A program made the translations under genes and the position numbers. A DNA stretch of 64,000 nucleotides from Callorhinchus milii (Eukaryota): assembly GCF_018977255.1 (NCBI RefSeq), contig NW_024704743.1:20398001-20462000 (forward strand), read 5' to 3'. How positions within the stretch are numbered: the stretch's first letter is position 1; each line of letters opens with the position of its first letter. Under the pieces are notes generated by a model. It was not told where the DNA came from and searched no databases. It worked only from the letters and a program-made list of their open reading frames with translations. Positions 53,346 to 64,000 of this stretch are shown here, in pieces.

Positions 53346-55254
53346 ATTCCTAGTCCACCAGTTAGATTTGTGGATCATCTAAAGATTGGGACACAAAAGA
53401 GTGTATAAGCATTCAGCATCATAGTATCCCTTTGGCAATTTCAGCTTGAGCACTACACAACAGTCTTTTGTTGTTGTTACTGTAGTTAAAGGTGGCCTTT
53501 GTTGCACCAAAATGGACATGCCCTTCTTTTTCTGTAATCCCATTTTACACATGGATAGGTTGTGGGTTTTGAGTTGGGATCATCAACTGATGTTTGTAGG
53601 GCTTATTTCCTGTGAAATATGCTTCCTATAAACAGTTATATTTTCCTATTTTTCTGTAAATCATTTGTTTTTCTGTATTCAAAATTGCCACAGAATGGAT
53701 TACTTTAGATGAATATATGATGTATTATATACATATATTAAGCTCTGCCATCGGCATTAATTTAAAACAAATAGGACATTTGGTTACTTCAGTACAACAA
53801 CAACAAAATTACATTTGTATAGCACCTTTCACATTGGGAGGACGTCCCAACACGCTGGGTGCAACAAATATGTCAGCTAAATAATCCCAACACAAAACAC
53901 TCACTTTAATCTGAGTCCAAGAGAGTGAACTGTACACATCAAATTCAAGGAGTATTATTATTACATATCGAAAAAATAGCTATGACACTATTCAAAGAAA
54001 GCAGTTTCACCTGATTTTCTGGCAATAATCCTGTGGAAAAGAGATCTCAGGAAGAAGATATATTAAGGAAATATATTCATCATGAAGTGAAACATTAAGA
54101 GAGAGGGGGATTTTAAGGTGGACATTAAAGATGACACTATTCAAAAGAGAAGAGATTTCTCCCAGTGTCCTGGTCGACAATCCTCCACATAAATTGGTCA
54201 TACGTTCAATAGAATTTTAGGGGAAATGAAATATCTTAACAAATCTGCAATGGTGACTAAGAGTAAGTAGTACTGTTAGAACATGTAATACAGTATGTAA
54301 ATGTTCTTGAATATGATGCAACAAACTGAATTTGATCCAATTAGCCACCATAATACAGTGACATTAAATTGAAATTTGGTTTACCCTTTAGGATATGGGA
54401 AAACCTGTAATTTTACCATTAATTGTGTGCAACGTTTGCACAAGTTTGACACAAGCAGCCATGAAGTGAATGACCAGTTTTATTTGGGGAATTGTTGGCC
54501 AGTTCACCAGAGGAAACTCCTTTTTCTTTTTGGAATTTGGGATCTTTAACATCCTCCAAATGTATAATATGCATTGAGCGCTCTAAACTTTAAGGTTTAT
54601 CATTTTATAATTTGCTAATTGGTTCATACCCTTCATCAGTATGCCCTCTAATATTTTACATTCACTCAAACTTGGATCACCAGTCTTTAATCTTCTTTTA
54701 AATAGATATTACATTTGCCTTTTTTCCAAACATTGGGCACCATTGCTGTTTCCATCAATTCTCGTAATGAACTGGATACTCAACTCAGGGCTTTCTCTGT
54801 GACAACAGAGACAAAGAATTTGTTTAGTATATCTACCCTCCCCTGGTTATTTGATACTAATCCACCCTTCTAATCCTTTAAGGATTTCACTACTTCTTTG
54901 ACCACCTGCTTATTATGAATATATTTATTAAAAAAATTCACATTCTGTTTTTTATCTCCTGTACAAATTCTAATAAGATTTTCTGATATGTTTTCCTAGC
55001 TTTCTTTCATTGATTTTTATTTATATTGTATTATTATATTAATGGCCTAGTCTTGAACATATGTACTTTGACAACAGTGTTATGTATTTTATTGTTTTAA
55101 CTGAATTGGTCCTACATAGATTAAAAGTCATTATTTTAACCTAACTTTAGCAGCAAGAAGTTATATTAAATATTCACTGTGAAATTATATTAATCCATGA
55201 ATTTGATATAGTGCATATCAAGTTGTCAAAATGTTTGAAACCACTTCACAGGAT

Positions 55255-55612
55255 TTGCTGAAGAGTGCAGTGATTATGTAGGCAAACTGACAGTTACTTT
55301 GCACACAGCAATGTCCTACAAACAGCCATGAAGTGAATGACCAATTTTAGATGGGGATTGTGGGCTAGGCCACTGGGAGAAACTCCTTTCACGTTTCGGA
55401 TAGTGCAGTGTTTAACATCCTCCTGACGGGACCCCATTTTAACAAACTCCTGATGGGACCTCATTTTAACAACATCCGAAGGGTGGCACTTTGGTCAATG
55501 CAATGCACCTTCAGCCCTGAATTGGAATGTCAGCCCAGTCTATGAGGTCAAGTGCCAACATAGGGCTTGAACCCCACAACCTTCTGATTCAGAGGTGACC
55601 AACTGAGCCAGG
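55255..55612 (-). mobile_element. tRNA-derived Deu-domain SINE
   Basis: Reverse complement begins cctggctcagttgg...gtggggttcaagccc, like 1375-1430; partial relatives near 54100-54200, 54420-54560 and 63050-63180. Confidence 0.75.
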
Positions 55613-55907
55613 CTGATGTTTTGGCACTGACCTCAACTCTGTAGAGGCTGCAAACTTATTTCACTTATAAACATTGAATTCCTTGTCTTGGTAATTATGT
55701 CTGATCTGCACTTGGAAAGAGTTGGTTAGAAAAGCTGCTAGAATACGTGGGTGCTGTTAAGAAATCTTGGAGATGCTTATTAAAATACTAGTCTTATAAT
55801 GTCATACTCTGTGACAAAGAAGGGGGTGAAAGTTTTGTTATTTTTCGTGAGTAGCATAAAATAACTTCCACTGTAAACAACTTCAGTGTTGTACAAATGC
55901 CTATATC

Positions 55908-56535
55908 AGGCCGACGAGACCCTCATAATACACATTCATAACACCCACGCTCGACTACGTAAACTCTGTGCTCATTGGCCTCCCCAACTCCTCCTTTCAT
56001 AGATTGCAGATCATCCAGAACTCTGCAGCCCATGTCCTCTCCCGCACTAGGCTCTGTGACCCTATTACACCCATCCTCGCCCGACTACACTGGCTTCCCA
56101 TCACACAGAGGATACAGTTCAAGATTCTGGTCCTCACTTTCAAAGCCCTCCATGACCTTGTTCCCCCTTACCTCTGCCACCTCCTGACCTCCTAACCCCC
56201 TACCAACCTGCCCACTCACTCCGCTTAGTGGGCTCCGGCCTGTTTCATGTCCCCGCCTTGCCCGATCCACCATTGGTAGGCGGGCCTTCAGCCACTCTGC
56301 CCCCATCCTCTGGAACTCCATCCTACAGTCCCTCCGCCTCTCCCCCTCCCTTGCCTCCCTCAAGACCCGTCTCAACACCCTCCTCTTCGACCGTGCCTTC
56401 GATTACCCTCCATCCCCTCCTCCCCTCCTGCCCTCCACCCTCCCCAATCCCGACCCCCAGCTCGGGTTCAAAACACTGATTGCCCAGTACCTTGGGACGT
56501 CCTCCCAACATCAAAGGCGCTATACAAATTTTGTG
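55908..56535 (+). mobile_element. L2-clade LINE 3' fragment
   Basis: LIGLPNSSFHRLQIIQNSAAHVLSRTRLCDPITPILARLHWLPITQRIQFKILVLTFKALH; tail aaaggcgctatacaaat. Confidence 0.92.
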
Positions 56536-58429
56536 TTATTGTATATCTGACCAGCACTGAAATATTGTAATCCAGTTGAGGTGATTTCAGAGTAAATCCA
56601 TTTCTCCATACTAGTGAGTTTGATGGAGATCGTTGACATTGTGTCAGAATTCATCCCTTACAACACTGAAGAGGTGGGTCTGTGCTGTCGGTCATCCTCA
56701 AGATTATAACTGGAGCATCACAGGAACTGCAGGTGTTCGAACAAAACCTCCATGTTTGCACCTGAGTTACAAGATCTGATGCTGTTAATTTTCAACTTTC
56801 TTAATTTGTTAAAAAGTTTGAGCAGAATACTAGTGATAAACCACTTCCTGTTAGTGCAACTCTCAGAGAATACGTCCCTGAAACTGTCCCCTGTGTGTGA
56901 GTGATGCAGCAACAAAGAAGCAAACAACATAATGAGTTGTAGTGCCAAATCAGTTGAGTTGTTTTCTTCAAGCTGTATAGTGATCTTGTTAGGCTATACC
57001 TGGAGTAATGCATATGGTTATGGGTGTCATGACATAAGGGGGCTGCCAGGGTGCCATAGGCCGTGTGGAGAACAATGACGCTGCTCCCCCATGGAAGAGC
57101 AGAGTGCTATGAGGAATGACTGCAGAGCCCAGGACTTTTCAGCCTTGAAAAGAGAAATCTATAGGGTACCTTATGGAGATATTTGAGATGTGAAATAGAA
57201 TAAAGTAACCCTCCCAAAAAATGCTTCAGATGTAGCAAAACAAGAAGCCCCTGATTCAGGGTTGTAAAGTGAAAGTTTAGAATCAACACCATAATTTACC
57301 TAGAGGATAATGAACAGCTCTACAAGTTACTAGGAAGGGTGGTAGTGGCTAGCATATTGGACTGATATGCTAGCACATCTGAATATCGAAACTAGATCGA
57401 GTCCTATCTATGTTGCCACCTACCCCTGGAAATATCTCGGTGTCTGCAATGAAATGCATACTCTCTTCCTGAAGGTTGCACCCCCCTTGCCTAACTATGG
57501 AGAGTATCAGGGGAAGAAGTAAGAATTGGGGACCGCATAGTGTCTTTTGAGTTACTGCTGCAGTTTAACCGGCCAAAAGCACTGTCTGGCAAGCTTAATG
57601 CTGCTTGTCCATTTTTCCATACCTGACCCATTAGGTCTTTGGCTTGCAGAGTTAACTGCCTGCCAATGACTGATCTGCCTCTCCATTCTGCCAGTGAGGC
57701 CAAGAACTGGTGACAAAACAGGTGGTATTTGAATTTAATTCCTTAAGCAGTATTCAATACCTTGCAAAATATTAATAAAATTAATCGATTGATATGCCTA
57801 AGACCACATGGTTTGAACTTATGTATTAATTTATATGTATTACTGTATTTGCTTTCTATTGGAAACAATTTTTTTTTTTAAAATGGTAGTTCAGTAGGTT
57901 GGGTTGATGAAAAAGGCTAATGATATTTGACTGTAATAGCCGTAGAAATAATGCTTGGAAGGAGATAAAAAGTTGTAGTTAAACTCTAGGGCCCCCATGA
58001 TGTCATGGATTATTATAATATAGCTTGATCAGCTTGTGAACATTAGCAGAAAAGTACCATTGAATTTCAGCCTTTAATTCCCAGGACAACATCTGTTATT
58101 TTACATAATCTAAACTAAACAGGGCAGAATGAAATCTTACACCTTACAATTACAAATGTACTACCAAATGCTGTGAAAATTTTAATGGCTATTGGTAGTA
58201 GTGACATGAAGGCATATGTAAAATAGTGTAATATTGCAGCTGGTTAGGAATAATATCACATGCATTTAAAAGAAAATGTTATGTCATTAAAAAATCTCCA
58301 CATGAATTTCAAACTATATATTGGTGTCTAGAGGTATTGCATTTTTGTATCGCAAACTTGCCCAAGGGCGAAACCTTGGGCAAGTTTCCTTATGCCTGAT
58401 AATAATCCCTCAAGAAAAAAAACAATAAT

Positions 58430-58605
58430 AAAATTGGTCACTTCAATCCACTGTTTGTGGGACACTGCTGTGTGCAATTGGCTGCCGCATTTCGCCCACA
58501 AAAAGATACAGTCAATTCACTTTACAGTATATTCTATGAAGTGCTTTGAGATGTCTCGAAGATGTGAAAAGCGCTATATCAAATGTGAGGATTATTATTA
58601 TTTTT
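58430..58605 (+). mobile_element. SINE 3' part with (TTA)n tail
   Basis: ctgtttgtgggacactgctgtgtgcaattggctgccgc...aagtgctttgagatgtctcgaag...aaatgtgaggattattatt. Confidence 0.75.
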
Positions 58606-59049
58606 AGTTATACCTAAGTTTTTAGTTTTGTAGAAACTTATTATAAACAGGGTTCTTTAAAGTCAGTTTTTACTGGATTTTCACCATTTGGTTGGAGAAA
58701 CTTGACCATTGAAAAGCAACTATCTCCGAAAATCCATTTAATTCTTCAACTTTTTTTGTTTTCTGAGTTGTGTGCACGTTACAGTCCTGCTGATTTATAT
58801 GTAAATCCCATGCTCATAATAATAATAAGCTTTGCTTTTGATATAGCGCCTTATCATGTCGGTGAGATGTCTTGAAGCGCTTCACAAAATCGACTGTGTG
58901 TTTTGTGGGCTTGTTGCGGATGACCTCTAAACCCTGGATAGTGAGCAAGTGACCTGAATCATGTCGACTGATGTGCAAATTGTACATTCATAGCCTACCT
59001 CTGAATTTTGCATCTTGCTCAGACGATGAAATGATCCTAGCACAGCGAT

Positions 59050-60326
59050 GTGCTAATGACATTCTGAACATCTGTGATCAGGGCTCCCTCTGCATCCTTG
59101 TCCTCCTCGACCTCTCTGCCGCCTTCGACACTGTCGACCACTCCATCCTCATACACTCCCTTTCCTCTTTACATAAAATTCGCGGACCTGCCGCCTGGTT
59201 CGATTCCTATGTCTCTCACCATCTCCACTTTGTTGCCTCTAACGGTTTCTCCTCCAGCTCCCACACTGTCACGTCTGGCGTCCCCCAGGGCTTTGACCTT
59301 GGCCCTCTCCTCTTTAATATCTACATGCTCCCCCTTGGTGACTTCATCCACAGACAAGAAGTCAACTTCCACATGTATGCGGATGATACCCAACTCTATC
59401 TTTCTGCCCCCACCCTCAACTCCAGGACCACTGCTGTCCTGACAGACTGCCTCTCGGACATCAAGTCCTGGATGAGGGCAAATTTCCTACAGTTGAATGT
59501 GAACAAGACTGAGGCCCTCCTAATTGGCTCACGCCAGCGCCTCTGCACCTCAGGCTCTGGCAGCATCAACCTCCATGGCTGCATACTTCAACTCATTAAG
59601 CCAGTCAGGAACCTAGGTGTCTTGTTCGACCCTCAACTGTTTTTNCTTCCCCACATCCAAGCCATGACCCGCTCTGCCTTCCCTCACCTCCGTAACATCG
59701 CCCGACTCCGCCACTACCTCACCCCTCAGGCCGCTGAAACTCTTGTTCATGCATTCATCACCTCTGGGCTTGACCATGCAAATGCCCTGTTTGTCGGCCT
59801 TCCCAACTCCTTCCTCTACAGGCTGCAGATAATCCAGAACTCTGCAGCCCATGTCCTCTCCCGCACCAAACTCTGTGACTCCATCGCCCCCATTCTCGTC
59901 TGATTCCATTGGCTCCCTATCCTTCAGAGGATCCAGTTCAAGATCCTGGTCCTCACCTACAAAGCCCTCCATGGCGACCTCCTAACCTCCTACCAGCCCG
60001 CCCGCTCCCTCTGCTCAGCCGGCTCTGGCCTGCTCCATGTCCCCCAACCCACCTGCCCCACCATTGGCGGGAGAGCCTTCAGCCACTCTGCCCCCAACCT
60101 CTGGAATCCCATCCCCCAATCACTCTGCCTCGCCCCCTCCTTAGCCTCCTTTCAAGTCCTGCCCGAAGACCATCCCCTTCGACCATGCCATCAGCCACCC
60201 CCTTCCCCTCCCCTCCCTTCTCCCCCACTGACCCCAGCTCGGGTCTGAAATGCTGTACACTGTCCAGCGCCTTGGGACGTCCTCCCGACGTGAAAGGCGC
60301 TATACAAATGTAATCTTGTTGTTGTT
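59050..60326 (+). mobile_element. L2-clade LINE, 5'-truncated, with much of the RT domain still open
   Basis: ORF 58971-59903 contains LLDLSAAFDTVDH, GVPQGFDLGPLLFNIYM, YADDTQLY and NFLQLNVNKTE; a premature TGA replaces the R of ..ILVRFHWLP; tail gaaaggcgctatacaaatgtaatcttgttgttg. Confidence 0.95.
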
Positions 60327-63244
60327 CATGTTTAACGTGCCTAAAAGCACATTCATGGTAGCCCTTTCCAATCTTTGCATCAGAATGACTCATGTTTATT
60401 AATAGATATATAAAAATGAAGTACTGTTTATACTTGTGCTGCAATTTTTTTAAATACCTGGTTTATTTTCCTGGGGATTTTGATGTTCTAAAAAGTTCTA
60501 AATTTTACCCATTTTACCTCAGGCATTTTTGTATGAATGTTTTCCTTCAGATTTTCTCCCATGAAAAAAAGCCCTCACCAATAAATTTTTTTTAAATACC
60601 CGGATTATTATTTTGTGGATAAAACATGACTTTAATGTATCATATTTATAAATCAGTGTCATTCGTGGCCAATCAGGAACACTTGTTCTTGGAATGAGAA
60701 GCAGATCTCCAATCGCTGAGACCTGCCTCTGAACCCACAACAAAGGGAATGTGCAGTTTCCAGGTCATTGGCTGCGGTTTCTGTAGCTTAGCAACTTGTA
60801 GTTGCTGTCTCACCTACAAGCTTAAAATTATTCTTTTCAACTTTTTTGGCCAAGCTACCAGCGCTGGGGTTGATTTTTATTTTATTTTTAAAAATCAATG
60901 AGCAAGGATGTTTTAGACATTTGCCAAGAGAGTTTGTTCTCTTGTTGTTTCAGTGTGCAGTCTTTCCACTTCCTCACACACTAAGAACCACTTGGGTGAC
61001 ATTACCGCCACTAATTGCCACCATTATGGTTTTCTGTGTGAGTTCTTTCCATGTTTTTGTGTTCAGCTCTATGCCACATGACAGGAAGGGAGGTGTTTTA
61101 CAACATTTACCACACTTGAAAATATAATGAGGTCAGCTGACCAGAAGAGAAGCCTGCACTGGGAAATAGTATTTCTGTATAAAATTGTGTGGTGTTTGCA
61201 CGAAAGTAAATGAATGTGGTAAAAATTATTCGCCTCTCAATTTATAAACATACTACTCAAGAATTATTTCGTGGTTGACAGTGTTGCATTAGAATCATAG
61301 AATTTAATGAAATAATCCTTCCATTTTTATTTAATTCCACAGGTAAAAAAGGAGGCCATTTGGCCTATTGTGCCTGTATTAACTCTCTGAAAGAACCAAC
61401 TGCCTACTCCTGCAAGTTCTACTCTCTTGCCATTTCCTTTTTAATATTATCCTTTTCAAATCATTTATTTCTCCACATTTCATAATTATCAATGAGACTT
61501 TTGTTGTAATTTTTTAAAGGTATTTGCGGTGAAAGAGTAACATTTAAGCATTTCTGCTTTTCCAATTTCTGTTAAAAAATTTTAAAGCTTGATTCTTACC
61601 GTGAGCGCTCTGATCTAAAAATCAAATCTATACAAAGAATCCTGATTAACACCAAGATATTCTGGGGGTGGCGGGGGATGGGGTGGATTTTGTACTTTTA
61701 TTGAAAAAAATTTCAATCAGTCGAGATTGATCGCATCTTTGGAGAATTGGTTTGGAGGAGTTAACTCTGCAGGTTTGCTGGCTGCATGAGGCAGCTGAAT
61801 TAACATTCACACAGTTAAAAAGATGCAATCACTTACAGCTAATTTATAGTACAAATCTGCTGCCAACTTAACTGGTGGCAGTCTTATAATGAGTGTGCTA
61901 AATGCCTCTGCCTCTTACTTCTTGGGGACCCACCTGTGGGGTAGGCCTCTGGATAGTGGAGGCATACACCATTTTCTGTCTTTAGTCCTGGCTATAATTA
62001 AAAGGAGAGGCACTGAAACTGAAGGCAGATGTGGCAAAAGGAAAAGAGTTGCGGCTGGTAGCCTGAGTGACTGAAACGCTTCTGCTCCTTTCTGTAAGAG
62101 TAGCAAAGCTGCTTCATGATCACTCACCTTTACAATGATTGATTGGTGCAGCAAAACAAATCATCTGAGTATTTTTCAAAACAATTGCAAACACACAAGC
62201 TGCTGCTTTTGAACCACGTTCTTGGTTTACAATCTTTAAATGGGCTGCAGGTTAATAACTGAATCTACTGATGTTGATCCAGCCCCCTCTCACTGTCAGG
62301 CTTAATAGTGATTCCCTGCTGGTTTCCTAATGATGTTGCTGCACCCATGGTTTAAACAAAAATGTACGTAATAGATATTACAAACAAAGTAAGTATTAAT
62401 CATAATTCTCTATAGCTATGGCTTTTTACGTTGTACTGATGATGACTGACCCTCTAAACAATCTTTCATATTCCTTACTTAATTGTTTTTCAAGTGGTGT
62501 ATTTTCTTGGTCTACAAATATTAATATGCCTGCTATAATCAGCAAATATTTAGAATGCTCTGTAAATTATCAAAATAGAAAAATAATTGGTAAAGTTATC
62601 ACTTTACTCAATGGACATTGTTTTATTTTATGTAACTGAATAAGAAATATTTTGAATGCCATCTTGCTTGACATTGAACTTTGCCCACCAGTTATCTGTA
62701 CATTTTTAAGAAGAACATAACAACATAAGAATCTTTATGATGGAGAATTCACATTTTTGAGATCTGCATTAACACAGATTTAAGTTAAATCATTTGTCAA
62801 TTTTTAAATTCACCGCGAGGTAAGCACGTGGTTTCACTACTGCTTTTGAATCATATAATAAATAACATCACAATATTTTCTTTTTTGATTGCTTACAGGT
62901 CTTCAATAATTTACATTTCTCACTTTGATATTTATTCAAGATTATTCATTAGATTTAAACAGTATATATGGAAAAACGTCCTCATGTCTCGTTCATAGTG
63001 CTCTTATCAAAATTTAAAAATATGACAACTGTTATTAAACAATAAATATCTGTTGGCTAGAACACTGGGAGAAATGTCTCTTTTTAAATAGTCTCATGGG
63101 CTCTTTAACATCCTCTTGAACAAGTAGACAGGACCTCGGTTTAACTCCTCATCCAAACAAGGTATTTCCAACAATGACATTCACCCATTTTTGAATTTTG
63201 CTGTGGGATCTTTAACGTTTACCTGAACAGACACCTTGGTGAAA

Positions 63245-63625
63245 CATTTATTCCCTGCTCCCTTCTCTATTCTTTTTATTCCCTTCTCCATCATGCATAC
63301 ATCAAGTTTCCTTCTAAACACGGTAATGCTTTGTGCTTCAATCAAAGTTTCTGGCAGTGAGTTCCGCATTCTCATTAATTTTTGAATAGAAAAGTTTCTT
63401 TTGAGCTTCCTTTTGGGTCTGCTAATGACGATCTTATATTTATACTTTCTTGTTTTGGACTCATCAATAAGTGGAAACAGCCTACTAATGTCTATCTTAT
63501 TATATCCTTTCATAATTTCAATACCTCTTTCAGGTCCCTTCTCAGTCGTCTCATCTCCAGGGGAAAAAAGCTCTAACCTGTCCCGTGTTACTTGATAGTT
63601 GTAACTACTCATCCCTGGTAACATT
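63245..63625 (-). mobile_element. Degenerate CR1 3' fragment
   Basis: LPGMSSYNY...IMKGYNKIDISRLFPL...RNFSIQKLMRMRNSLPE...FRRKLD. Confidence 0.8.
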
Positions 63626-64000
63626 TTAGTGAATCTTTGTTATTTTTTATATAAAACTTTAATGTTAGATGTCTGGCGACAAGACTGCAAGTTTTATGTG
63701 TCAGGTAGTTTTCCCTCCTTTTTAAATTTGTTTTATGCCATTGAATGTTTGTGAATTGCAGTGGTAGAAGTGCCACTTTTGCACAAATTGGTGAAAACGG
63801 AAGTATGAGCAAAATGAATCAGTTCTGTAAACTTTCTAGACATTCACCCACTGCCTTTTGCATGGAGTTTGTTAAGTCTGTTACTGGCCCTTCCTTATTC
63901 TTCCTCTGAATCAGGTTATTAATAATCTTTGTACTGATGAATTTTTGGTCAGCTCAGTTTACAAATGTGAAAACCTGTCACTATGCTTAAGAGCAGTATC

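Noticed and set aside
58971-59903. 310-aa reverse-transcriptase ORF as a domesticated gene or novel RT system
   Set aside because: It is a 5'-truncated L2 LINE copy with a premature stop and an ambiguous base, and sister copies occur elsewhere in the window
50041-64000. SPAG6 exon 3 (expected to begin near GVMSLLR)
   Set aside because: No matching translation with splice sites found; intron 2 apparently extends beyond the window

Overview
Eukaryotic (vertebrate) genomic DNA containing the syntenic COMMD3-BMI1-SPAG6 locus, all on the + strand. COMMD3 is complete (8 coding exons, 7171-12423, 588 nt = 195 aa + stop). BMI1/PCGF4 is complete (probable non-coding exon 1 near 14.5-15.2 kb, 9 coding exons at 20523-25597, 981 nt = 326 aa + stop, long AT-rich 3'UTR). 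Only the first two coding exons of SPAG6 are present (47617-47641, 49945-50040); the gene runs off the window end. The repeat content (L2 and CR1 LINE fragments, Deu-domain tRNA-derived SINEs, LF-SINE-like copies, many CA/GA microsatellites) suggests a cartilaginous fish, possibly a chimaera; this is inference. There are two assembly gaps (6423-6997, 7885-8027). Almost all ORFs in the supplied track are spurious. Most notable unexplained signals: an in-frame duplicated copy of a BMI1 exon inside the preceding intron (potential RING-only or poison exon); an open, in-frame acceptor that would allow a COMMD3-BMI1 read-through fusion; a uORF/YY1 block in the BMI1 leader; a candidate alternative last exon of COMMD3; an orphan promoter-like CpG island within a ~15 kb CpG-retaining, transposon-poor interval between BMI1 and SPAG6; and RFX X-boxes across the locus. 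All comparisons with human sequences and repeat consensuses are from memory and need confirmation by alignment.
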